Positions 26,893 to 36,154 of a stretch of 59,348 bases of DNA are shown here, one piece after another. Origin of the DNA: Patescibacteria group bacterium. GTDB lineage: Bacteria > Patescibacteriota > Minisyncoccia > UBA6257 > UBA9933. The position numbers and the translations under genes are program-made. The stretch covers positions 39,754-99,101 of the forward strand of contig JBBUDV010000002.1 in the NCBI GenBank assembly GCA_038057075.1, given 5' to 3'. The number at the start of each line of letters is the position of its first letter. Position 1 is the stretch's first letter. The notes beneath the pieces are model-generated. The model had not been told where the DNA came from and made no database searches. It saw nothing but the letters and a program-made list of their open reading frames with translations.

Positions 26893-27471
26893 TTATCTCA
26901 ATTTTTTGTACGCCACTACTATCAAAAACGCCAGAGCGATGCCTAAAATTATAAACCTCAAATAATCCTGCATCGCAGACCAGTATTGCAAAGTTCCTAT
27001 AAGCAAAGATAATAAACCGCTGAACATAAAGCTCGTTGAAATCATTTGAACCGCTGTTATAAAGAAACTGCCGGTAATCGCCATTGTCCCGGCGACAATC
27101 CAAATGATAAACACGTTTCTTCTGTAAATATTGTTTATGCTGTCAAAATCTTTACGGCACGAATAATCCTGGTCGCACCACCCTGTTAGCTGCTGATTTT
27201 TTATTTCTATTATTGGAACATCCGCCGGTTTTCTGGAAACCGCGGGAGATTCATAACCGACATTCTCGGTCCATAAACCGCCGACATTTTCACAGGTTTC
27301 TCTTGTATTCAACGCTTGCTTCAGCCGTTCCGGCTTGCAAAAATTATTGTAATCCGGCGCTTTATAAAAAGTATTGATGCCGTAATTAATAAACAAATTA
27401 AAGATAATAATAATCGCCAACCCAAGCCCGAACTTTTTTAAATTAAAATTGAATATGTTTTTTAATTCCAT
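26893..27471 (-). CDS. membrane protein, Cys-containing extracytoplasmic loop
   Basis: 192 aa with an N-terminal TM and C-terminal TMs. The overlapping ORF 26882..27103 is out of frame and was rejected. Confidence 0.5.
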   Translation of the reverse strand: MELKNIFNFNLKKFGLGLAIIIIFNLFINYGINTFYKAPDYNNFCKPERLKQALNTRETCENVGGLWTENVGYESPAVSRKPADVPIIEIKNQQLTGWCDQDYSCRKDFDSINNIYRRNVFIIWIVAGTMAITGSFFITAVQMISTSFMFSGLLSLLIGTLQYWSAMQDYLRFIILGIALAFLIVVAYKKLR

Positions 27472-27600
27472 GTTTCAAATTAAAAAGTAAAAATATAAAA
27501 AGAAAAATAAAGTTTGAAATTAAAAATTGTTTTAATTATTTTACTTTTGAATTTTTCCTTGTCATTTTTAGTTTTTCATTTTCTGTTTTTAATTTTACCA

Positions 27601-28485
27601 TTATTCATGTTCGCTTTTTATTTTGCCCCCGAGTGTTCTTAATTCCTTCAACGCTTCAACGGCTTGCTCTTTATTCGGCGGAATTCCATGCCATAAATAA
27701 TCGCTCTCCATAAAACTCACGCCCTTACCCGGAATGGTATGCGCGATTATCACCGTGGGCTTTTCATAAATGGCGCGCGCCTCGGAAACCGCGGAAACGA
27801 ATTCCAATATATTATGGCCGTCAACTTCAATCACGTGCCAGTTAAAGGCTTCGTATTTGGCGCGAAGCGATTCCAAAGGCATCACGTCTTCGGTAAACCC
27901 GTCTATCTGAATGTTATTTCTGTCCACGACTGCGGTTAAATTGTTCAATTTGTTTTTTCCGGCGAACATCGCCGCTTCCCACAAATTCCCCTCCTGATGC
28001 TCGCCGTCCGAAAGCAAAGCGTACACGCGATACTTTCCTCGTAGTGAACTTGTCGAACTATTTTTATCCAGTTTCGCGGCTAAAGCGAATCCGATGGCCT
28101 GCGATAATCCGGAGCCGAGCGGCCCCGATGTCGTTTCAATTCCCGGCGCCGAACCGCGGTGAGGATGACCCTGAAGACGACTTCCTAATTTTCTCAAAGT
28201 TTTTAGTTCTTCAATCGGAAAATAACCCGCATGAGCCAAAGCGGCATACAAAACCGGACAAATATGGCCGTTGGATAAAATCAACCTGTCTCTGTCCTCC
28301 CAATTGGGATTTTTCGGGTCGTGGTTCAAAATATGAAAATAAAAAGTTGTAAAAATATCGGCCATTCCCAAGGGGCCGGCTGAATGGCCTGAACCCGCCT
28401 CAACAAGTTCCTCTATAACGTCTTGGCGAATTCTATTGGCCATTTCTTCCAAAAATTTCAATTTTTTTTCATGTAAAACGTCCAT
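27601..28485 (-). CDS. transketolase, N-terminal (TPP-binding) subunit
   Basis: GSGHSAGPLGMADIFTTFYF, ILSNGHICPVLYAALA, LSDGEHQEGNLWEA. 294 aa. No C-terminal subunit is adjacent. Confidence 0.85.
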   Translation of the reverse strand: MDVLHEKKLKFLEEMANRIRQDVIEELVEAGSGHSAGPLGMADIFTTFYFHILNHDPKNPNWEDRDRLILSNGHICPVLYAALAHAGYFPIEELKTLRKLGSRLQGHPHRGSAPGIETTSGPLGSGLSQAIGFALAAKLDKNSSTSSLRGKYRVYALLSDGEHQEGNLWEAAMFAGKNKLNNLTAVVDRNNIQIDGFTEDVMPLESLRAKYEAFNWHVIEVDGHNILEFVSAVSEARAIYEKPTVIIAHTIPGKGVSFMESDYLWHGIPPNKEQAVEALKELRTLGGKIKSEHE

Positions 28486-28508
28486 AAATAATAATTGAAA
28501 ATTTATTC

Positions 28509-29165
28509 CTATCTCCCTATTCCTTTTACCGAATGGTCCTCAATTATCGGTTCTTTCGTTTTTACCCTTGGAATTATCAGATCCGGAACCATAAATAACA
28601 ATATCACACTCGCCAAAGAAAGAACTCCGACGATGAAAAACACGACGGAAAATCCGAATTTCTGCGCCAAAACGCCCGCTAAAATAGCGGAAACAAATGA
28701 TGTCAACCCCACGACAGTGCTGTCAAACGACCAATCAAAAGAAAATCTTTTGGAATCAAGGTGTCTTGAAAAAATTCCCGCCCATGACGGCACGTAAAAT
28801 CCCATCGCAATGGCATAAAGAAATTGGGCCAAAAACAATTGCCACAGCGTTGAAGTTTTAGAAAGCATAAACGCCGCCACTGCCGCCAAAAACAAAGAAA
28901 TAAGCAAGGCGTAAAAATCGTCTTTTTCGCCGTCATGCTTATCTAAATAATTGGCCACCGGTATCTGCAAAACCGACTTCACAAGCCAATAAAGGCCCAT
29001 TATTAATCCGACCGTCACTATAGTGGCACCGGCTACTTTGGTAACCACAAAAATTGAAAAAATCGGCTGTACCATGCTCCAACCGCCTAAAAAAAGCAAA
29101 TCCGACAAAACCAAAAACTTCACCACGCGATTCACTTTTATGCTGATATCAAAATTAATTTTCAT
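28509..29165 (-). CDS. half-size MFS-like transporter (6 TM)
   Basis: 218 aa of hydrophobic helices with a YLDKHDGEKD loop. About half the length of a canonical MFS. Confidence 0.45.
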   Translation of the reverse strand: MKINFDISIKVNRVVKFLVLSDLLFLGGWSMVQPIFSIFVVTKVAGATIVTVGLIMGLYWLVKSVLQIPVANYLDKHDGEKDDFYALLISLFLAAVAAFMLSKTSTLWQLFLAQFLYAIAMGFYVPSWAGIFSRHLDSKRFSFDWSFDSTVVGLTSFVSAILAGVLAQKFGFSVVFFIVGVLSLASVILLFMVPDLIIPRVKTKEPIIEDHSVKGIGR

Positions 29166-29207
29166 AACTGCGTATAGTATACCAGAATTTTGACTTTATA
29201 AAAAGAA

Positions 29208-29235
29208 ATCCCTTTGACATTGCGTCAAAGGGATT
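29208..29235 (-). terminator. rho-independent terminator
   Basis: AATCCCTTTGAC-attgc-GTCAAAGGGATT followed by a T-tract in minus sense. Confidence 0.7.
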
Positions 29236-29284
29236 AAGTAATATAAGGAGGTTTTTTATCTGGTCAGCTAATCACTACTAACTT

Positions 29285-29902
29285 TTAATTTTGATCGAAA
29301 AAAGTTCCGGAACATTCTGCGGCTTCCAGATCGCCCCCTTTTATAACGCAATTACTGCTTGTAAGAGTTGGGTTACACGTGATTTCTCCACTAGAAAAAT
29401 TACCCCCCTCCCATTTTTTTAATACAGATACCAAGTCCGGTATGTTAAATTTGCAAGTGCCGTCTTTGCCGTCCGATTTCTTTTGGAGAGTATTTTGTTC
29501 ATCAATAATTTTTTGGGAAACGCCTGGAGGAAATGCCAGGTCGGTTTTTTCGTTTTTAAAATAAAAAAGGCATTTAGATCCTTCTGCGCCGATGATTTCA
29601 TTGATACCGTGGCCTGTTATCTTAATGCCAAAAATATCTATAGTAGAACTCTTAGTAAATTTTGCCGGCGTACAATTTTGAGCAGCCTGGATAAAACAAT
29701 TCCAATTATTTTGGCAATCCAATACAGATTTTGCTAATAAATTAGTGCTTGTAACTGCTACCGGAAAATTTTGGGCAGTCTCCCCTGGTGAAATTGATTT
29801 CCCTTTTTTATATTTATAATAAGCAAAACCGCCTATTCCCAAAACCAAAGCAGCGACTAAAATAATAACTAATGTAATAGTATATCCTTTTTTATTATTC
29901 AT
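29285..29902 (-). CDS. membrane-anchored Cys-rich extracytoplasmic hypothetical protein
   Basis: 205 aa with an N-terminal TM (YTITLVIILVAALVLGIGGFAYY) and 8+ Cys. Confidence 0.5.
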   Translation of the reverse strand: MNNKKGYTITLVIILVAALVLGIGGFAYYKYKKGKSISPGETAQNFPVAVTSTNLLAKSVLDCQNNWNCFIQAAQNCTPAKFTKSSTIDIFGIKITGHGINEIIGAEGSKCLFYFKNEKTDLAFPPGVSQKIIDEQNTLQKKSDGKDGTCKFNIPDLVSVLKKWEGGNFSSGEITCNPTLTSSNCVIKGGDLEAAECSGTFFDQN

Positions 29903-29962
29903 ATTTTATAAAATTAACTATTAAATTTAATACAACATAATTAAATATTTTTTAAAAAAATA

Positions 29963-29980
29963 GGGCGCATTTCTGCGCCC
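29963..29980 (-). terminator. rho-independent terminator
   Basis: GGGCGCA-tttc-TGCGCCC followed by T7 in minus sense. Confidence 0.7.
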
Positions 29981-29988
29981 CTTAATGT

Positions 29989-30900
29989 CTATTCAAAAAT
30001 TTTGTAGAGAGGGAGATACGCTTCGCCGGAAGAGCCAAAACGTGAATTATTAATCTTTTTACCATCAGGTTTTTGAATTTCAAGAAACATCAAATATAAT
30101 TTTTCCTTACCAATTAACGATTTAACATTTTCCAATTCTGATTTGGTTATTATAAAAGTTTGGTCTGAATTGTTAATAATTATATTTTTTTCAAAAATTG
30201 GAACGTCTATAGGATAACGGCGGATACCCGTTCTTTCTGTATATATTATTAATTTGGCGGGAATGCTGATATTTTTGAATTTTTGGTCATTAAAAAAGAT
30301 TGTGGGATAACTAAGTTCGTCTGTTCTGGCATAATTTGAAATTTTAACATCAATTGATTTAGAATTAGTGTTAATTTTTTTCCATACTTTAATGTATTCT
30401 ATCCTGCTATAAAACTGGTTATTGTTATAAATATGGGTTAGAAGGTAATATACGGAAAATAAAGCAATAATAATTACCCCGCTTATTATTATTGCTTTGA
30501 AACGTTCCAACTTTGATTTATCAAAAATCTTTTTAGGTTTTTCGCTTGATGTTCTTTTTATAAAAAAATATAAGGCAAATAAAGTCAGGGGAAGAATCAC
30601 AATCGGCCACGAAAATATTACATCAAAAAAAAGATAAGAATATATAACAAATGTGTCCAAATTGAATCCTCTAGATATAAAATCATTTATTAAATCTTGA
30701 ATGCCAATATCGTGAGTTAGAAAATATATAGATAACAAAATAATAATAACTACTTCAATTATAATTATTGTTTTGAAACGTTTTAAATGAATTTTGATAT
30801 TATTCATTTTTTTATTATACCAAACCAGAAATAAATAAAAAATCCCACAGGGTATACCCTGTGGGATAGTTGTTTCATTTAACAGATTTAACGCATCCAT
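29989..30900 (-). CDS. membrane hypothetical protein with an internally duplicated TM module
   Basis: 303 aa. Two similar segments (RFKTIIIIEVVIIILLSIYFL / RFKAIIISGVIIIALFSVYYL). Confidence 0.5.
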   Translation of the reverse strand: MDALNLLNETTIPQGIPCGIFYLFLVWYNKKMNNIKIHLKRFKTIIIIEVVIIILLSIYFLTHDIGIQDLINDFISRGFNLDTFVIYSYLFFDVIFSWPIVILPLTLFALYFFIKRTSSEKPKKIFDKSKLERFKAIIISGVIIIALFSVYYLLTHIYNNNQFYSRIEYIKVWKKINTNSKSIDVKISNYARTDELSYPTIFFNDQKFKNISIPAKLIIYTERTGIRRYPIDVPIFEKNIIINNSDQTFIITKSELENVKSLIGKEKLYLMFLEIQKPDGKKINNSRFGSSGEAYLPLYKIFE

Positions 30901-30938
30901 CCGTCATTTCTGTTTGTCATAACACTCTGTACTTTTGG

Positions 30939-32477
30939 CTACATGCAAGGGCTGGTATATGTGTAAATAAGACGAATACTGGCTGACTTGCTGGATTTAT
31001 CCGTTACCGTAAACGTAAGTCCCATGCTGCCTATGGCTGGGTCACCACCCGCGGTTGCGCTGACGCTGTATATACCATCACCGGCTATTATATCACCATT
31101 AAGTCCTTCGTCGTTGATATAGATATTGGGATTTATATACCCGTCATCAGTGACATAGGTAACGGAGCCAATATAGCTTAACCCGTAAGTGTGCGATACG
31201 GATATTTGCGCGAGCACCTCGGTGCAGTCAGTGCCGGAATTAGGAGTTAAAGACGCCCAGTTTATTGTTGGGACTGGGTCAACTCCTTGGGCGGGTTTTG
31301 TCGCCATATACTGTTCGGCAGGCGTAAGCGCCGGAGGCAATCTTGAATTATTTCCAACCTTATCTCCGATTTCTTCACGTTCCCAACTTACTAGCCCTAT
31401 ATCATTATTAACTCTGGCTGCTTCATAAGCCGCTTCTGTAAGGCCAACGCAGTTAAAGGAATCAGGGCCTTTTACTAATGACCCCTTCAGCATTCCAAAG
31501 AGAACTCCTGTTGTTTGTTTCCGCGCATAAGGTTTCCCGACTTGCAACTCAACATAGCTGACTATTATATCACGTTGCTGTTGAGTCAATGGGCCGATGT
31601 CGCCATTTGGCTCCCGAGCGCCCATATAAATACTATTGTCTTCAAAGCCGGCAGTTACCGGGCATGATTCAAAAGTATTTGGGATATTGTAATACGAATA
31701 CTGAATGCCGTCCCAAAGTGCCTCAATAACATTATACTTATGGCATCTTTGAACATCAGCAGAGGCATACTCTGGATGATCGCCTAACCATTCTTTTTCT
31801 CCGGTATAGATTCCAACATGCCCCGGCCTCCAGCCCGCGCCCAAACCTTCAAACGTCAATTTATATAGCAAATCTCCGGGCTGCGGAGTGCCGATATCAT
31901 GTGGCTGCGTGCCATTCCATCCGGTTACTTGATAATCACTGAAGTGATTTATCTGCGCAATCATAATGTTGTTTATGGTATCCACAGATAAAACAGTCGC
32001 TTCAGTCCAAGTTCCGGAAGATTTGTCAAAATAATACAATTTCAATCCGGCCTTGCTGGATATGCCAGCATCGCTTAACGCCGCATCAGAAAAAGGTATT
32101 TCAACAATCGCGGGACTTAAAAAAGTTGTGCCATCAGGACCAAAATTAACAGGCGCGCCGACGTAATTTAATCCCAAAGGAAGCGCCTGTGGATTTGAAA
32201 CTTCTCCCACTGTCACATTTGTGTCATTTAATAACGCTCCGGCGGGTATCGTCAGTTTTAATTCATTAATAATACTTGTGTCATCGGCTACCTGAATAAC
32301 GCCTCCCGCTGCCGCGTTTACATTCTGTGATGCGACTTGACGGGTGGTTGTTGTGTAGTCATATCCGGAAGGTGGTGTAACTGGTTGTACGACATTGCTT
32401 CCTCCGCCCTTACTACAACCCATTACAACGGCAAATAAAACAACACCCAACAACCCTATTACTAGTGATTTCTTCAT
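30939..32477 (-). CDS. lipoprotein with a permuted NlpC/P60-like (papain-fold) domain
   Basis: Lipobox VVMGCS. GHVGIYTGE precedes FNCVGLTEAAYE (His-before-Cys order). I prefer the ATG at 32477 because AAGGAGGA lies 6 nt upstream; the ORF track starts at 32525. GC-richer than its neighbours. Confidence 0.6.
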   Translation of the reverse strand: MKKSLVIGLLGVVLFAVVMGCSKGGGSNVVQPVTPPSGYDYTTTTRQVASQNVNAAAGGVIQVADDTSIINELKLTIPAGALLNDTNVTVGEVSNPQALPLGLNYVGAPVNFGPDGTTFLSPAIVEIPFSDAALSDAGISSKAGLKLYYFDKSSGTWTEATVLSVDTINNIMIAQINHFSDYQVTGWNGTQPHDIGTPQPGDLLYKLTFEGLGAGWRPGHVGIYTGEKEWLGDHPEYASADVQRCHKYNVIEALWDGIQYSYYNIPNTFESCPVTAGFEDNSIYMGAREPNGDIGPLTQQQRDIIVSYVELQVGKPYARKQTTGVLFGMLKGSLVKGPDSFNCVGLTEAAYEAARVNNDIGLVSWEREEIGDKVGNNSRLPPALTPAEQYMATKPAQGVDPVPTINWASLTPNSGTDCTEVLAQISVSHTYGLSYIGSVTYVTDDGYINPNIYINDEGLNGDIIAGDGIYSVSATAGGDPAIGSMGLTFTVTDKSSKSASIRLIYTYTSPCM

Positions 32478-32586
32478 GACCTTTTTCCTCCTTTTTAAAT
32501 TGTGAAAGAACTTAAATTTTCCCAATAAGGGGAAAATTTATAAGTATAAAATACCAAGATTTTAATTGATTGTCAAATGCTCAGCA

Positions 32587-32928
32587 CTACAATCCTCTAA
32601 AACCAAATAAACCTATTATATAAAAAACAATATTTCCCAATATAAAAGCTCCGTTCAATTTAGCAATAAATGAAAAAGAATATTTGTTTTTTAAATTACT
32701 ATTAAATTTCCATAAAAACCATGTTATTAAAAAGAAGATTAAAATTGGTATTATAAAACTTACTGCGATAAGAAAAATAAGAATAAATTTATCGTAACCC
32801 TGCCCAAAAAATTTTGATAATATATTAAATAAATCTACTGTTATTAAATAATTAGTGCTAACAAAAAAAGCCACAGCTGACATAAACCCCAAAACAAAAC
32901 TCAAAATATACAATAATGATTTTTTCAT
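32587..32928 (-). CDS. small polytopic membrane protein
   Basis: 113 aa with 3-4 TM helices. Confidence 0.5.
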   Translation of the reverse strand: MKKSLLYILSFVLGFMSAVAFFVSTNYLITVDLFNILSKFFGQGYDKFILIFLIAVSFIIPILIFFLITWFLWKFNSNLKNKYSFSFIAKLNGAFILGNIVFYIIGLFGFRGL

Positions 32929-32931
32929 AAT

Positions 32932-33075
32932 TTATATTATATCAAATTCAATATATGAAAACAAACTTGGTGCACTTGATGCAGGAATCACATTTGATCC
33001 GCCGCCTCCACTACAACCCGTTAAAAACACAACCAGTACAACAATTAGCACTGCCATCCCCGCGAGCTTTTTCAT
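32932..33075 (-). CDS. 47-aa putative lipoprotein; truncated paralogue of the 5' end of 30939..32477
   Basis: Below the ORF-track length cut-off. Manual translation gives MKKLAGMAVLIVVLVVFLTGCSGGGGSNVIPASSAPSLFSYIEFDII. It has the same SD and leader block as the large lipoprotein gene. Its stop lies 3 nt before the next gene's ATG. Confidence 0.45.
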   Translation of the reverse strand: MKKLAGMAVLIVVLVVFLTGCSGGGGSNVIPASSAPSLFSYIEFDII

Positions 33076-33131
33076 AATTCACTTCCTCCTTTTTAAATTG
33101 TGAATGAGCTAAAATTCTCCTCTTATTCTGG

Positions 33132-33175
33132 CTTTGTTCGTAGAATTTAGCTATCGCTAAATTCTACGAACAAAG
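33132..33175. repeat. perfect 20-bp-stem hairpin in the leader of the short lipoprotein ORF
   Basis: CTTTGTTCGTAGAATTTAGC-tatc-GCTAAATTCTACGAACAAAG. Confidence 0.85.
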
Positions 33176-33255
33176 ATAATATAGGAAAATTTATGAGTAC
33201 AAAATACTAAAATTCTAAACTTAATTATAATACAATTACAAACAACACCACATTA

Positions 33256-35784
33256 TTATTTAACGCCAAACTCCAATTCCTCTCCTTTTAATCCGACTGA
33301 AATTTTGCCGCCTTTTTGAATTTCGCCTTTGAGAATTTTTTCCGCCAAAACGCTTTTAATTTTTTCCGAAATCACCCCGCGCAAAGGTCTGGCGCCAAAC
33401 ACCGGGTCGTAGCCGATTTTAGCCACAAATTTTATAACATCGTCCGAGAATTCCAAAATTATTCCCTGATTTTCCTCCAATGTCTTGCCTAATTTTTTAA
33501 GCTGCAATCCCGCGATTTTCAAAATGTCGTCCGGCGAAAGATTTTTAAAAACCATGATGTCAGAAAATCTGTTTAAAAGCTCCGGTTTGAAATAAGCGGT
33601 TAATTTCTTTTTAAATTCGTCTTTGAAATCTTTGATTGATTTTCCGGACTCCAGTTGTTCTTTGATGTATTCCGAATTCGCGTTTGAAGTGGAAATAATT
33701 ATCGTATTTTTAAAATCAACGACGCGCCCCAAATTGTCGGTTAATCGTCCGTCATCAAAAACCTGCAGAAAAAGATTTAAAACATCCGGGTTCGCCTTTT
33801 CAAATTCGTCCAAAAGAATCAAAGAATACGGTTTTTGAATAACGGCTTCGGTAAGGCCGCCGCTGATTTTGCCGTCAGGCGAACCGACAAATCGGAAAAA
33901 ACTCTGTTTGTCCTGATATTCGGACATATCAAATCTAATCATCGCTTCCTCGGAACCGAATTGCGTTTTCGCCAGAATTTTGGCAAGTTCCGTTTTTCCC
34001 ACGCCCGTGGGCCCTACAAACAAAAACGCCGCAATAGGGCCGCTTGTTCTGGAAAGCCCGGCCCGATATTCCCTCAAAGCGCCGGCAACGTTTTTAACCG
34101 CTTCTTCCTGGTCTATCAAATCAACATGAATTGAATCTTCAAGATTCAACAATTTTGCGGCCTCGTCTTTTGTGGCTTTATGAATCGGCACATTGGTTTT
34201 TCTTTCAGCCACGGAAATCACGTGGTCCGCTCTTAACGCCTTGTCGCCTCGTTGAGTCGCGAAAGCCAACGCCTCTTTCAAAAGATTTTCGGCGCTTAAG
34301 GGAAGTAAGATTTGATGAAAATATTTATGCGCCAAAATCACGGCTTGCTTAATCGCCGGAAAACTCACGATAATTCTGTATTGGCGTTCCAAAATCACGC
34401 TTTCATAAGTCAATAACCGAATAGCGTCGTCTTCTGAAATTTCTTCAACCCTGATTATTTCAAAAGCGTTTATGAAATCGCTCCTTGATTCCAAGTTTTG
34501 TTTGAATTCTCTGGGATAAGTGGCGCCGATAACCTGAAAAACGTCAGTGGTCAAAATCGGCAAAATAATGTCGGCGGCGTTCATATAATTTTCTCCGGAG
34601 GTCTTAACCAAATTATGAATGTCGGAAATGTACAAAATCACGTTACTCGCGCCGCTTATTTCTTCAACCACTTTTAACACTCTTTTGGAAATCTCCGCGG
34701 GGTCGGCTCCGGAGACCAAACTGCTTATTTGAAGCGAAACCACTCTTTTGTCAAAAAGATTTTCAAAAATTTTATCTTTAACGATACTGAAAGCAAGATG
34801 ATTTACCAGCGTTTCTTTGCCGCTGCCCGGTTCTCCGACTAAAAGAACATTGGGTCTCGTCGGTCTGGACAATACGTTAACCATTTGCTCATAATCCTTT
34901 TCGTGGCCGATTAAAAAACCGATTTCTCCTTCCCTGGCCGCGTCTGTTAAATCAACGCTAAAATTATCCAAAACCGGCGTTGGTTTGGCGGTCCAAGCCC
35001 TGTTCATATAGCGATGCCTGATCTTATTGGTATGTTTACGCGCGAAACCGCCCAAGGTCTCAGGCAACAGCCACGCCCATGATTGTTTAACCCTAAATCT
35101 GCTGAAAATCAAAGCTTTTCCCAAATCGCCGCCATCAATTCCGAACAGATAAAAAATTTTCCGTATCGCCTCGTCATTCGCGCAACTCAAAACCGCGAAT
35201 AAATTATTCGTCCCAATAAAAGAATCCTTATTCGCATACGCTTCAAAAAACGCCGACTTTATAAATCCCGCGACTTTTTCAATTAAATCTTTTTGATTGT
35301 AAAGTTTTTGATTTTTAAGTTTTTCTATTTCTTCGTCAATTTTTTTCTCAAATTCCTCGGGAGTAACTTCCAATCGCCACAAAGCGCCGCGAATCCCCTT
35401 GCCGCGAACCAATGATTTTAACAAATAAAGATAAAAGCTTCCGCCAACGGCAAGTGTCTTGTTAAAAGCTTTTTCAATAAGACGAAAACTTTTCGGCGAA
35501 ATATAGTCGGCGACGTTTATTCCCTCAATTAAATGATTGTTCAACTCTGTTACGGAATGAAGGGCCTTTTTTGCGGTATAAAAACGATCTGCCAAAAAAA
35601 TCGCGATTAAAATTCCCAACCATTTAAGCCAGTCAACATCGGATAAAATAAAAGTAGCCGTTCCCGTAACCAAAACAGCGTATGTTAAAAATGCGCATAT
35701 TCGCCACAAATATCTCAAAAAAGCGGGGAATTCCAGTCGCGGCTCCGAAAATAATAATTTTTCAGGATTTATTTTTGTTTCCAT
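33256..35784 (-). CDS. membrane-anchored Clp/Hsp100-type AAA+ ATPase (ClpA/B/C-like) with degenerate first ATPase domain
   Basis: N-terminal TM helices. D1 Walker A is GEPGSGKET and D1 Walker B is ILYISDIH (degenerate). D2 has GPTGVGKTELAK, LILLDEFEKA and GARPLRGVI. Confidence 0.75.
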   Translation of the reverse strand: METKINPEKLLFSEPRLEFPAFLRYLWRICAFLTYAVLVTGTATFILSDVDWLKWLGILIAIFLADRFYTAKKALHSVTELNNHLIEGINVADYISPKSFRLIEKAFNKTLAVGGSFYLYLLKSLVRGKGIRGALWRLEVTPEEFEKKIDEEIEKLKNQKLYNQKDLIEKVAGFIKSAFFEAYANKDSFIGTNNLFAVLSCANDEAIRKIFYLFGIDGGDLGKALIFSRFRVKQSWAWLLPETLGGFARKHTNKIRHRYMNRAWTAKPTPVLDNFSVDLTDAAREGEIGFLIGHEKDYEQMVNVLSRPTRPNVLLVGEPGSGKETLVNHLAFSIVKDKIFENLFDKRVVSLQISSLVSGADPAEISKRVLKVVEEISGASNVILYISDIHNLVKTSGENYMNAADIILPILTTDVFQVIGATYPREFKQNLESRSDFINAFEIIRVEEISEDDAIRLLTYESVILERQYRIIVSFPAIKQAVILAHKYFHQILLPLSAENLLKEALAFATQRGDKALRADHVISVAERKTNVPIHKATKDEAAKLLNLEDSIHVDLIDQEEAVKNVAGALREYRAGLSRTSGPIAAFLFVGPTGVGKTELAKILAKTQFGSEEAMIRFDMSEYQDKQSFFRFVGSPDGKISGGLTEAVIQKPYSLILLDEFEKANPDVLNLFLQVFDDGRLTDNLGRVVDFKNTIIISTSNANSEYIKEQLESGKSIKDFKDEFKKKLTAYFKPELLNRFSDIMVFKNLSPDDILKIAGLQLKKLGKTLEENQGIILEFSDDVIKFVAKIGYDPVFGARPLRGVISEKIKSVLAEKILKGEIQKGGKISVGLKGEELEFGVK

Positions 35785-35785
35785 A

Positions 35786-36154
35786 TCACTTTAAGAGTTG
35801 TATAACCGGGGAATAGCCGATGATTTTATAGAATATGAAAATCGGGATTGCGGACCATCCCACAAACGCCGCTAAAGCCAGGGCCAAAAAAACCGCGTAA
35901 AAAACGCCGCCAAAAACCAGCCGCCAAAACCTGAAAAAAAATCCCAAAACATACCCTATAATGGAACTGTCTTGATAAAGCGGTTTGAATAAATTACGAC
36001 GGGTTATTTTAAAAGCGAAAAACTTGTCAAATTTTTCCAAAAGCGAAACAATGAAACCGGCGTAAATTTGAAAGCTCGTAAAATACCAATGCCTGATGAA
36101 ATTGGAAATTCTAAAAGATATTCTGTTTATCGCGAAAATCAAAAAATTACCCAC
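35786..36154 (-). CDS. small membrane protein, translationally adjacent to the Clp-like ATPase
   Basis: 122 aa with a GTG start. Its stop is 1 nt before the ATPase start. Confidence 0.5.
   Translation of the reverse strand: MGNFLIFAINRISFRISNFIRHWYFTSFQIYAGFIVSLLEKFDKFFAFKITRRNLFKPLYQDSSIIGYVLGFFFRFWRLVFGGVFYAVFLALALAAFVGWSAIPIFIFYKIIGYSPVIQLLK

Noticed and set aside
33132-33175. The 20-bp-stem hairpin as the terminator of the Clp-like ATPase gene
   Set aside because: No U-tract follows it in either orientation, and it sits within the duplicated lipoprotein leader. It is more likely a leader structure or a small inserted palindrome.
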